This document shows positions 38,027 to 46,811 of a stretch of DNA of 64,000 nucleotides, piece after piece. Positions within the stretch are counted from its first letter, which is position 1. Each line of letters starts with the position of its first letter. Location: positions 96,001 through 160,000 of the forward strand of contig JBDHAB010000002.1 in the NCBI GenBank assembly GCA_039588295.1, in the 5' to 3' direction. Below the pieces are notes generated by a model. The model saw only the letters and a list, made by a program, of their open reading frames with translations, was not told where the DNA came from and made no database searches. The position numbers were made by a program, and so were the translations under genes. The DNA is from Gemmatimonadota bacterium (GTDB taxonomy: Bacteria > Gemmatimonadota > Gemmatimonadetes > Gemmatimonadales > GWC2-71-9).

Positions 38027-39003
38027 GTATGCCGATCGCACTGCTCGAGGTGGCGGCCGGTCTCGTGATCCTGTACGCCGGGGGACATGTCCTGGTGCAG
38101 GGAGCGACAGTGCTGGCACTGCTCGCTCGCGTTTCGACCACCGTCGTCGCGCTCACGGTCGTGGCCATGGGCACCAGCTTGCCGGAGCTCGCAGTCAGTC
38201 TCGATGCCGCAGCCCGTGGATCGACCGACATCGCGTACGCGAACATCATCGGATCGAGCGTCTTCAACATCGGCGCGATCCTGGGAACCGCCGCGCTCAT
38301 CGCGGTGATACCGGTCCGGCGACAGACGATTCGATTCGAGTACCCCGTCATGTTCTTCGTCGCCTGCCTCGTGCTCGTGCTGGCACGCGACGGGATTGTC
38401 GATCGACTAGAGGGAGGCTTCCTGGTGATCGGCCTGTCTCTGTTCATTGCCTCCATGGCGTACGTGGCACGCCGAGGCGTTCCGACTACCGAAACGGCCG
38501 CGCTGGAGCGCGACGTCAAGCGCACCGCGCACACGAAGGAAGGCGCGGGATGGGCGTGGGGACGAAACCTCGGCCTCGTTGGACTCGGTATCGTTGCCCT
38601 CGTAGGAGGGGCGCATCTCGCGGTGGCCGGTGGTGTGACCATCGCGCAGATGCTGGGGGTCGAAGAGCGCGTCATCGGGCTCACGGTGATCGCCATGGGA
38701 ACCAGCCTCCCTGAGCTGGCCACCTGTGTCGCGGCGACCCGCCAAGGAGAGCCCGAGATCGCGCTGGGCAACGTCGTGGGGTCGAATATCTTCAATCTTC
38801 TCGCGATTCTGGGGATCACAGCCACCGTGTTCCCAGTGCCGGTGCATCCCCGCGCCGGAGCCGTCGACAACTGGGTGATGCTCACGTTCGCCGCCGTACT
38901 ATTTCCCATGATGCTTCTCGGGCGGAGGGTCTCGCGGAGGGACGGAGTCTTGCTAGTGGCGGGGTTCCTGACCTACATGACGTACGTCGTGGTGACGCGG
39001 TAG
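38023..39003 (+). CDS. Calcium/sodium antiporter (YrbG family)
   Basis: Two alpha repeats GTSLPEL...GS(S/N)(V/I)FN. Confidence 0.93.
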   Translation: MSMPIALLEVAAGLVILYAGGHVLVQGATVLALLARVSTTVVALTVVAMGTSLPELAVSLDAAARGSTDIAYANIIGSSVFNIGAILGTAALIAVIPVRRQTIRFEYPVMFFVACLVLVLARDGIVDRLEGGFLVIGLSLFIASMAYVARRGVPTTETAALERDVKRTAHTKEGAGWAWGRNLGLVGLGIVALVGGAHLAVAGGVTIAQMLGVEERVIGLTVIAMGTSLPELATCVAATRQGEPEIALGNVVGSNIFNLLAILGITATVFPVPVHPRAGAVDNWVMLTFAAVLFPMMLLGRRVSRRDGVLLVAGFLTYMTYVVVTR

Positions 39004-39026
39004 ATCGCCGACCCAACCACCGGATC

Positions 39027-39503
39027 CTACGCCAGCGGCACCATACGCGCGCGCGGCGGGATACCGGGCTCGAGCTCCATGATTCCCACCGTGGGCGGAA
39101 CACCGAACCGTGCCACTCCCGCCGACCCCGGGTTCATCACCGTGACCGTCTTGTCCACCAGCTCGAGGTGCGCCTCGTGCGTGTGACCGTACACGATGAT
39201 CTCGGCCTCGGGAAACGCGTCACGCAGCCGCGCCGGCGTCGGAGAGCCGAACTGATCGCCGTGGGTTACGACCACGATGAATCCGTCCAACTCGCAGGTC
39301 GCGACCTGCGGGTACTTCGCCCGAACATCAAATCCATCGGTGTTGCCGAACACCGCCGTGACCGGCGCAGCGGCCTCCAATTCGGTGAGGAGCTCGAGCC
39401 CCCCGATGTCTCCTGCGTGAAGGATGTGATCCACCTCGGCAAAGACATCGAACACCGCAGCAGGGAGTTTCCCGTGCGTGTCGGAGATGATCCCGAGCCT
39501 CAA
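39027..39503 (-). CDS. YfcE-like metallophosphoesterase
   Basis: SDTH, HAGD, GNTD, THG, GHTH, NPGS. Confidence 0.9.
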   Translation of the reverse strand: MRLGIISDTHGKLPAAVFDVFAEVDHILHAGDIGGLELLTELEAAAPVTAVFGNTDGFDVRAKYPQVATCELDGFIVVVTHGDQFGSPTPARLRDAFPEAEIIVYGHTHEAHLELVDKTVTVMNPGSAGVARFGVPPTVGIMELEPGIPPRARMVPLA

Positions 39504-39522
39504 CGGCGAACCCCCGCCCGGC

Positions 39523-39699
39523 TCATCGCCCTCGTCGGCTCGGAGTAGGCGTCTTATGCGGGTGCCGTGGTGGCCCCGATGGCGGCGGAGTCCGGGGAGA
39601 CGGAATCCGTCGCCTCGTTTCGCGCTCTTCTCCCTTCTCCGGTCTCCCCTTTTCCCTCCCTCCCGGCTTCCCTTTGCCGGACCGCCTCTTGTCGGTCAT
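39523..39699 (-). CDS. Putative small basic Arg/Lys/Pro-rich protein (58 aa)
   Basis: ATGA overlap with the ubiE stop; fills the gap to the next gene. Confidence 0.45.
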   Translation of the reverse strand: MTDKRRSGKGKPGGREKGRPEKGEERETRRRIPSPRTPPPSGPPRHPHKTPTPSRRGR

Positions 39700-40424
39700 C
39701 GACGCGTCCCCCAATACAGTGACGCAACACCGCGCGTGAGCGCCTGGGCGCCCACGTCGCGGAACCCGTGACGGCGCAGCTGCGCGCACAGCTCGCGCGG
39801 GTTGGCAAATTCCGCGACCGATGCTGGCAGGTACGTGTAGCCGCTCGTATGTTTGGACACCACTCGGCCGATCCGTGGGAGGACGCGGAGGAAGTACAGG
39901 AGGTACAGCTGACGGATCGGCCACGCGGTCGGCAGGGAAAACTCGAGAATCACGAGCCGGCCCCCACGCTTCACCACGCGCGCTATCTCCGCCAGGCCCG
40001 CATCGGTGTCCGCCAAGTTCCGCAGACCAAACGCGATCATGCAGCCATCGAATGTTTCGGCACGAAACGGCAACACGAGCGCATCGGCACCCACCGCCGA
40101 CGTACGCTCTGCCTTGCCGATCCCCAGTCGGAGCATGGGGACCACGAAATCCGCTCCAATGACACGCCCGGTGAACGAGGGTTGGCGAGCCAGCTCGGCA
40201 GCCAGATCCAACGTGCCCGCGCACACGTCCAGAAACGTCCCGCGGGGCGATGCCTGCCAGCCCAACTGCCGCACGGCAGCCCGGCGCCATCGGCGGTCCA
40301 CGTTGAGACTAAGCACATGATTGAGGAGGTCATAGCGCGGGGCGATGGCAGTAAACATCTGGCGCACGTACGACCGCCTGGCGTCACCTGCCGGCAGCTT
40401 CACGTCCGGAGGGGTGGCATTCAT
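39696..40424 (-). CDS. ubiE: UbiE/MenG quinone C-methyltransferase
   Basis: MFTAIAPRYDLLNHVLS..WR, LDVCAGT, AFGLRN, YTYLPASV. Confidence 0.9.
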   Translation of the reverse strand: MNATPPDVKLPAGDARRSYVRQMFTAIAPRYDLLNHVLSLNVDRRWRRAAVRQLGWQASPRGTFLDVCAGTLDLAAELARQPSFTGRVIGADFVVPMLRLGIGKAERTSAVGADALVLPFRAETFDGCMIAFGLRNLADTDAGLAEIARVVKRGGRLVILEFSLPTAWPIRQLYLLYFLRVLPRIGRVVSKHTSGYTYLPASVAEFANPRELCAQLRRHGFRDVGAQALTRGVASLYWGTRR

Positions 40425-40474
40425 GGCCGCCAAGATACTGGCACGCTTAAACTTGCCGCAAGGACGGTGCAGTC

Positions 40475-40501
40475 TGAAACAAACGGCGCTCAGGCGGGGT
40501 A
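40475..40501 (+). promoter_or_regulatory. Possible autoregulatory ECF promoter
   Basis: TGAAAC-N17-GGTA just upstream of the sigma gene (imperfect match). Confidence 0.45.
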
Positions 40502-40516
40502 GTGTCCCTCAGCGGC

Positions 40517-41119
40517 ATGGCCAACCCACCCGAGATCTCCACCGCCACTGACCAACAGGTCGTGGCACAGGCGCGTGACGGCGCGGAGGCTGCCTACCGA
40601 GAGCTGCTGCGGCGGTACGAGCGGCCCGTGTACTCGCTGATCTACCGCATGGTGCGAGATCGCGAGTTGTCCGAGGATCTCACGCAGGAAACGTTCGTGA
40701 AAGTGCTGAACGCCCTCGACCGCTACCGGCCCGAGTTCAAGTTTTCGTCCTGGATCTTCAAGATCGCCAACAACGCAGCCATCGATCAGTTGCGGCGACG
40801 GGGCCTCGATACGCTCTCGCTCGAGGGTGGCCCCGATGCCACGACACCGGACCGTGTCGACGCCACATCACTCCAGGTTGGAGCGGGCGGCGAGTCTCCG
40901 CTCGAAGAGCTGGAAGCCAGAGAGCTCGGACACTCCATCGAGCGTGCGATCGGGCAGCTCAGACCCGAGTACCGCGCATGTATCATCATGAGACATGTCG
41001 AGGGTCGTGCCTACGATGAAATCTCCGATATTCTCGGGCTCCCGCTCGGGACCGTGAAGACCTACATCCATCGCGCGCGGGCCGAACTGCGTACCGCGCT
41101 GGGCCATCTGAAGGAGTGA
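40517..41119 (+). CDS. ECF RNA polymerase sigma factor (SigW/RpoE-like)
   Basis: EDLTQETF, FSSWIFKIANN, YDEISDILGLPLGTVKTYIHRAR. Confidence 0.94.
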   Translation: MANPPEISTATDQQVVAQARDGAEAAYRELLRRYERPVYSLIYRMVRDRELSEDLTQETFVKVLNALDRYRPEFKFSSWIFKIANNAAIDQLRRRGLDTLSLEGGPDATTPDRVDATSLQVGAGGESPLEELEARELGHSIERAIGQLRPEYRACIIMRHVEGRAYDEISDILGLPLGTVKTYIHRARAELRTALGHLKE

Positions 41120-41142
41120 AACCGATGGACACACGGTCCGTA
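41117..41142 (+). promoter_or_regulatory. Internal ECF (SigW-like) promoter overlapping the sigma stop codon
   Basis: Exact TGAAAC-N16-CGTA. Confidence 0.7.
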
Positions 41143-41154
41143 GGGAATGACGGA

Positions 41155-41652
41155 ATGAATGATCAGATTATGGACGGGCGTACGCCGGCTGAAGAGGATC
41201 CGGCACTTCACCGATACCTGGTGATGCTGCCCGCGGTGCAGCCAACTTCGGGTTTTGAAGACCGGGTCCTCTCGCGCGTTTGGCGGCCGTACCCCCAGTG
41301 GCACCGACGGGTGAGTGCCGCCGGCCTGACGCTGGTCGAGACCGGGGAGATCTGGTTTTGGGTCGGTGCGCTGGCATTGGGCAGCATCCTCCCCCTTGTG
41401 GCGGGGGTCACACTGACGGCGACGTTCTCGGCGGAGATCGGCTCCGGTATCGCGTGGCTGGTCGAGGAGGGAATCCCATCGGTGTGGGCGGCGGCGTCCG
41501 CAGATGTGATGCAACAGTTCGAGTCCCTGGCGACACGCGTGAGCGCCACGGGCCTCGATGGTCGCGCCCTCGGCGCAGTCGGCCTCGGGTGCGTCACAGT
41601 CCTCGCGGGATGCGCGGTCGGACTTCGTCGGACCATAACTCGGTCGCGGTGA
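41155..41652 (+). CDS. Putative membrane anti-sigma factor
   Basis: Directly after the ECF gene; P..GFEDRVL.RV motif then TM helices; alternative start 41116. Confidence 0.6.
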   Translation: MNDQIMDGRTPAEEDPALHRYLVMLPAVQPTSGFEDRVLSRVWRPYPQWHRRVSAAGLTLVETGEIWFWVGALALGSILPLVAGVTLTATFSAEIGSGIAWLVEEGIPSVWAAASADVMQQFESLATRVSATGLDGRALGAVGLGCVTVLAGCAVGLRRTITRSR

Positions 41653-41664
41653 GGCAAAGACGAG

Positions 41665-42867
41665 ATGAGAGTGATCAAGCGGTTCGGCACGGTGGCTTCG
41701 ATACTCGCGATGACGTTGATGGTCGCGAGCGCGGCAGTGCTGCAGGCGCAAGTGGTGGTGGGTCATTCGTCCGAACGGTCCGGCGACGACGTCGTCCTCC
41801 GATTCGACCTCGCGGACGGAGAGCAACTCAGCATCACGCTGCAGGACGGGAAGGTCTTGCTGAACGGTGTCGAGGTCGGCGCGTACGCGCGCGGCAGCGA
41901 GTTCGCGGAATCCTGGGGGACCCTCGCCGACGAGGCCAGCGCGCTCTCGACCAATCAGCTCCTGGAATCCGTCCAGCAACTGAAGCTCCTCGAGGCCAAC
42001 GAGGCGCAGATCGCGGTCAGCCAAGCCCTTGCGGAACTGAAGGCGGCGCAAGCCGTCGTGACCGATGTGGCGATCGCCAGTGAGGCGAGGGGCACGGGAA
42101 TCTCAATCGCGGTCGACGAACCGGTACGGCAGATCATTTCTCGGTTAGAGCGCATCCCAACCCCAGGTACGTTCGTCGTTCAGGAAGCCGAAGGCTCGAG
42201 CTCGTTCGTTTCCGGTGTGCTGGTTGGCGCCACGAACCTCCTCGCCATGTACATCGCGCTGGCGTTCATGGGTCTCGGATTCCTGTTCTTCGCACCTCAC
42301 CAGTTGGAGACCGTCTCCGATACGGTGTGGCACTCGTTCGGGCGCTCGTTCCTTGCGGGTCTCTTCGCGCAACCGCTGCTGCTCCCGGTGTTCGGGATGA
42401 TGGTGGTCGGTCTCGTACTCACGGTCGTCGGCGTGCTGGTGTTGCCGTTCGCGATCCTGGGCTTCGCCGCAGCGTTGTTGCTTGCGGCCGCCGGGGGGTT
42501 CATTGCGGTGGCGCGGGGCGTCGGCGAGATCTACCTGCGGCGGAAGATGGCACGTGGGGATGCGGTCAACACCTGGGGGTCCTTCCGCTATATCGTCTAC
42601 GGCCTCCTCGGTGTGCTGGCTATCTGGCTCCCGGTGATCCTGCTCGGATGGATCCCCGTGGCGGGCAACCTCCTCATGGTGGCCGCCGGGCTCACAACCT
42701 GGATTCTGGCCACGGCCGGATTCGGGGCAACGATCATCTCGCGAGCCGGACTCCGCGGCACCTTCGTGCGACAGATGGACCTGGCGCTCACCGACGAGCA
42801 GTACTGGACGGCAGACCAGATGCCGGTGCCGCCACACCGACGCCAGGTCCCCCGATCGGGTCTATGA
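41665..42867 (+). CDS. Hypothetical membrane protein with N-terminal exported domain
   Basis: Signal peptide, soluble domain, several C-terminal TM helices. Confidence 0.7.
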   Translation: MRVIKRFGTVASILAMTLMVASAAVLQAQVVVGHSSERSGDDVVLRFDLADGEQLSITLQDGKVLLNGVEVGAYARGSEFAESWGTLADEASALSTNQLLESVQQLKLLEANEAQIAVSQALAELKAAQAVVTDVAIASEARGTGISIAVDEPVRQIISRLERIPTPGTFVVQEAEGSSSFVSGVLVGATNLLAMYIALAFMGLGFLFFAPHQLETVSDTVWHSFGRSFLAGLFAQPLLLPVFGMMVVGLVLTVVGVLVLPFAILGFAAALLLAAAGGFIAVARGVGEIYLRRKMARGDAVNTWGSFRYIVYGLLGVLAIWLPVILLGWIPVAGNLLMVAAGLTTWILATAGFGATIISRAGLRGTFVRQMDLALTDEQYWTADQMPVPPHRRQVPRSGL

Positions 42868-43730
42868 GGCGAGCGTTCCCTGCTGCCGCGACGCTGGCGG
42901 CCGCAATGCTCACAATCCCCGCTCTGGCAGTTGCCCAGTCGTGGCGCACAGCGACGACGTCACGACTGCCGCGTGGTGAACACCAGCTCCGGGTCGAGGT
43001 GGCATTCGCGGCGGGAACCTTCCGACTCCATCCGGGGGAGGCCGATCGACTGTACCATGCGGCGGTGCGGTATGACGAGGAGCATTTTGCGTCGACCACG
43101 ACGTACGACGCAGAGCACGGCCGCCTGGTGATCGAGGTGAAGCCCGCGGGCGGCCTCAACGATCTCGACCTGGATCACGACGCTCCCCAGTTTCTCGAGG
43201 TCGCCCTCACCCCGGCGGTACCCCTCGCCCTCAAGCTTGGCTTTGGCGCGGCGGAGGCCGAGATCGAACTGGGCGGACTATCGTTGCGTCGGGCGGAGGT
43301 GGAAACCGGCGCGAGCAAGAGCACCGTGGCATTCAGTCAGCCCAACCGCACGGTGTGCGAGCGACTCGAGGTAGCCGTCGGCGCCGCGGAGCTCAGCATG
43401 GCGGGCTTGGGGAACGCCCGGTGCGAACACATCGAGGTCGCCGCTGGCGCCGGGAGCGTGACGCTGGATTTCGGCGGTTCGTGGAAACCGGGATTCGCCA
43501 CGCGGGCGCAGGCGACGATGGGCTTCGGCGCGTTGACGTTGCGACTGCCGGAAGGGCTCGGTGTGGAAATCAACCTCAAGCGACTGTTCGCGAGCTTCCA
43601 GCCCGAAGGGTTCGTGAAGCGCGGATCACGCTACCTGTCGGCGAATTACGACGACGCGTCGTCGAAGCTGGTGCTGGAGATCGAGGCGGTCATTGGAGAC
43701 ATCAACGTCGAGTGGGTCCCCACCCGCTAG
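42864..43730 (+). CDS. Exported beta-helix-type protein (LiaF/DUF2154-like)
   Basis: ATG overlaps the upstream stop; signal AVA|Q; repeated GA.E..I.LGG / G.LTL.LP units. Confidence 0.6.
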   Translation: MRRAFPAAATLAAAMLTIPALAVAQSWRTATTSRLPRGEHQLRVEVAFAAGTFRLHPGEADRLYHAAVRYDEEHFASTTTYDAEHGRLVIEVKPAGGLNDLDLDHDAPQFLEVALTPAVPLALKLGFGAAEAEIELGGLSLRRAEVETGASKSTVAFSQPNRTVCERLEVAVGAAELSMAGLGNARCEHIEVAAGAGSVTLDFGGSWKPGFATRAQATMGFGALTLRLPEGLGVEINLKRLFASFQPEGFVKRGSRYLSANYDDASSKLVLEIEAVIGDINVEWVPTR

Positions 43731-43736
43731 CCTCGG

Positions 43737-44513
43737 TCAGGATCGCCGCACCCGCACCTCCGCGCCAACTCCAACACCTGCCAATTGCGCCGCCGATCGG
43801 TTCCGGGCTGCAATCTCCAGCGTGCCACCCGACCCAGCAAAGGCCACCAACGCTCCCGGTTCGACATCACTGAAGGTCTGACCCGTCTGGGCTACGTGCT
43901 CACCGCCGATCACCACGGCCCCGGACCCGGACACCACGTTAGACGGGATGTTGGTGATCAGCGTGCCAAACCGGTCCACGTATACCACGACGCCGATCAC
44001 GGTGTTGCCGTCTACGCAGATGCCCTGCGGCGTGAGCTGCACTGGATCGACGACCGCGCGGCCCAACTGCTCGAAGTCCTCACCACTTGCCAGCTGTGCT
44101 GCTGCGGGCGCGAACACGTCACGCCCGTGGAAGGTCGCGGACGCACCCGGCGGAATGGAGAGTTCCACTGCGTTCGCCCCTTCCAGCACCGGAGAGAGCA
44201 GTCCGTTGTCGGGCCCGACGAAATAGTGCCTCCCGCTTGCGACGGCCAGTGCACGGCGCGACGACCCCACACCCGGATCGACGACCGCCAGATGGACGGT
44301 GCCTTCGGGAAACCGGTGCCAGGCGCGCTCCAACACGTAGGCCGCCGCCGAAAGATCTCCCGGAGGAATGTCATGTGTGACGTCGATCAGCCTGGCCTGC
44401 GGGGCTGCGTTGACGAGCACTGCCTTCATCTCCGCGACATAGCTGTCGGAGTGCCCGAAATCGGTGAGCAGGGTGACTACGGGAGGCACGGGGAGCACGC
44501 TGACCTCTGGCAC
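43737..44513 (-). CDS. SAM hydroxide adenosyltransferase (DUF62, chlorinase/fluorinase superfamily)
   Basis: LLTDFG, VVDPGVGSSR, GPDNG, TFHGRDVFAP, VDRFG. Confidence 0.9.
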   Translation of the reverse strand: MPEVSVLPVPPVVTLLTDFGHSDSYVAEMKAVLVNAAPQARLIDVTHDIPPGDLSAAAYVLERAWHRFPEGTVHLAVVDPGVGSSRRALAVASGRHYFVGPDNGLLSPVLEGANAVELSIPPGASATFHGRDVFAPAAAQLASGEDFEQLGRAVVDPVQLTPQGICVDGNTVIGVVVYVDRFGTLITNIPSNVVSGSGAVVIGGEHVAQTGQTFSDVEPGALVAFAGSGGTLEIAARNRSAAQLAGVGVGAEVRVRRS

Positions 44514-44530
44514 CAGATGCCCGTGTCAGG

Positions 44531-45631
44531 TTACCCGGTGATGATGGGCAACGACACGCTCTTGCCACCTGCCTTGTCCACCACGGCCTCGGCAATACCA
44601 GCCAACGCCACTCCGGCCGGCGAGTCCGGATGTTCGGCAACAACCAGCCGTCCGCGATCTGCTTCACCGGCAAGCTCGGCCTGGAGCGGGACCTGGCCGA
44701 GCAGCGGCACGCCGAGCTCGGTCGCGAGCAGCTGCCCTCCCTCACCGGGAAAGACGTCGCTCCGTTCCTCGCAGTGCGGGCACACGAAGTAGCTCATGTT
44801 TTCCACGACGCCGATGACCGGGACGCCGACGCGCTCAAACATCTTCCCTCCGCGCAACGCGTCCCCCCACGCCATCTCCTGCGGGGTCGTGACGATAATC
44901 CCGCCGCGCATGTGCACGGCCTGTGCCAATGAGAGCTGTGCGTCGCCCGTACCGGGCGGCAAGTCGACAATGAAGTAGTCGAGCCGACCCCAGTCGACGT
45001 CCTGCAGGAACTGATTGATGATCTTGGTGACGATCGGCCCCCGCCAGATCGCTGGCATGTCACGTTCCACGAGGAACCCGAGCGACATCAGCTTCACGCC
45101 GTTCCGTTCGAGAGGAACGATCCGGTTGCCACGGATCGGCGGGCGTTCGTTGACGCCGAAGAGTCTGGGGATGTTGGGTCCATAGATGTCGGCATCCATG
45201 ATGCCGACCTGGTGGCCGGTCTTGGCCAACTGCGCCGCGAGGTTCGCGGCGACGGTCGACTTCCCGACCCCTCCTTTGCCGCTCGAGACTGCCAGGATCA
45301 CCCCGAGCTCGGCAAGCTCCACCGGCTGAGGCGCCGGGGTCGCTGCCACGGCACTCTGCGGCCCAGGGGACGGAGCGGATCGCGGCGGCGCCGGTTCGAC
45401 GACGTTGATCTTGACCTCGCGCACACCAGCGACCTCCCGCACCGCCCCACGTGCCTCGCGTACCAGACCCGCAGGGTCGTCACGAGACAGCGCAAAGGTG
45501 AACGCCACCTGTCCGTCATCATGGACGACCAGGTCCTGCACCATCCCGGCCGAGATCACGTCGTTGTCGACCCGGGGATTGCGCACGTTGGTCAGTGCCC
45601 CGGCAACTCGCGCTTGGAGTTCTCGCGTCAT
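44531..45631 (-). CDS. mrp: Mrp/NBP35 (ApbC) Fe-S carrier ATPase
   Basis: SGKGGVGKST, DADIYGP, DLPPGTGD, ENMS..CPHC. Confidence 0.93.
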   Translation of the reverse strand: MTRELQARVAGALTNVRNPRVDNDVISAGMVQDLVVHDDGQVAFTFALSRDDPAGLVREARGAVREVAGVREVKINVVEPAPPRSAPSPGPQSAVAATPAPQPVELAELGVILAVSSGKGGVGKSTVAANLAAQLAKTGHQVGIMDADIYGPNIPRLFGVNERPPIRGNRIVPLERNGVKLMSLGFLVERDMPAIWRGPIVTKIINQFLQDVDWGRLDYFIVDLPPGTGDAQLSLAQAVHMRGGIIVTTPQEMAWGDALRGGKMFERVGVPVIGVVENMSYFVCPHCEERSDVFPGEGGQLLATELGVPLLGQVPLQAELAGEADRGRLVVAEHPDSPAGVALAGIAEAVVDKAGGKSVSLPIITG

Positions 45632-45643
45632 AGTGCCCGAATG

Positions 45644-46699
45644 TTAGACGGGGCCCTGAGCCGGAGCAACCGACCGCGCGACCGCGAGTACGCGAGCCCG
45701 TACCTCATCGAGTGTGCCTTCGAACGACGCCCCGGCAGCCCTGCGGTGCCCACCGCCACCGAACTGCTCGGCGAGCTGGGCTACATCCACCGCACCAACC
45801 GACCGAAACGAGACCTTGATCCGTCCGTTCGCGAGCTCGCGGAACAGAATCGCGAGCTCGACCCCACGGACGGACCGGGCGAACTCCACCACGCCTTCCA
45901 ACTCGTCGGCGTCCACTCGATGACGCTCGAGCGCCCCGGTCGGAACCGTGACCCATGCAAGCCGAACCTCCGGCTCCACCACGAGGGTGTCCAGTACCTC
46001 CGAGAGCAGCCGGAGCTTGCCTTCCGACTCGTTGGCATAGAGCGAGCTGTAGATGTGCTCGGGATCCAACCCGTGCTCCAGCAGATCAGCAGCTATCCGC
46101 AGCGCACGCGGCGTCGTGTTGCTGTAGCGAAACCCACCGGTGTCCGTCATGATGGCCACGTAGAGACCGCGCGCTACGGTCTCGTCGAGCTCCCATCGGG
46201 CCACGCGCGCGAGGTCGTACACCAACTCGCCGGTGGCACACGCGGATGCATCCACCAACCGCGGCCCATCCGGCAGCGTGCCGTCGCTGGTGTGGTGGTC
46301 GATGCACGCAACCGGCACGCCCCGCTGACGCACGACACGACCGAGGTGCCCCAGCCGACTCAGGTCCGCGATGTCCAGCACGACGATCGCGTCGACCCGC
46401 TCCAGCTGTTTGACGGCGTCGCGCGACTTGTCCGCCGACGCCTCTCCGGCCAGCAGAAACCGGAACCGTGTCGGGAACGGGGTGGGGTTGGTGATGACTG
46501 TGTGGATTCCGCGTTGCGTCAGGAGCCGCCAGAGCGCAATCTCGCTTCCGGATCCGTCGCCGTCGGCGTTCACATGGGTGGTGAGCGCGACACGCATGCC
46601 TGGCCTGATCATGTCCAGGAGCTGTCTCGCCGCTCGGCGACGTGCCGCGGGCACACGCAGTCCACGAGAGGGTACCGAAGAGGAAGCGTCTGGCGCCAT
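45644..46699 (-). CDS. nrnA: DHH family oligoribonuclease/PAP phosphatase
   Basis: H.NADGD, IDHH, DTGGF, GGGHRRAAG. Confidence 0.88.
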   Translation of the reverse strand: MAPDASSSVPSRGLRVPAARRRAARQLLDMIRPGMRVALTTHVNADGDGSGSEIALWRLLTQRGIHTVITNPTPFPTRFRFLLAGEASADKSRDAVKQLERVDAIVVLDIADLSRLGHLGRVVRQRGVPVACIDHHTSDGTLPDGPRLVDASACATGELVYDLARVARWELDETVARGLYVAIMTDTGGFRYSNTTPRALRIAADLLEHGLDPEHIYSSLYANESEGKLRLLSEVLDTLVVEPEVRLAWVTVPTGALERHRVDADELEGVVEFARSVRGVELAILFRELANGRIKVSFRSVGAVDVAQLAEQFGGGGHRRAAGASFEGTLDEVRARVLAVARSVAPAQGPV

Positions 46700-46811
46700 T
46701 GCTCAACAAAGTAAGGGAGGCAGGCCGGGAAACGAAGCACCCCGCTCAGGCTTGCTCGATCCGGTCCGACGGGCCCATCTTGTCACCTCTCCCGAATTCT
46801 ACAGGAGCCCC

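Noticed and set aside
43737..44513. Fluorinase/chlorinase (halometabolite pathway)
   Set aside because: Retains the Asp-Arg-His residues (VVDPG..R, TFHGRD) of DUF62 SAM hydrolases and sits among housekeeping genes
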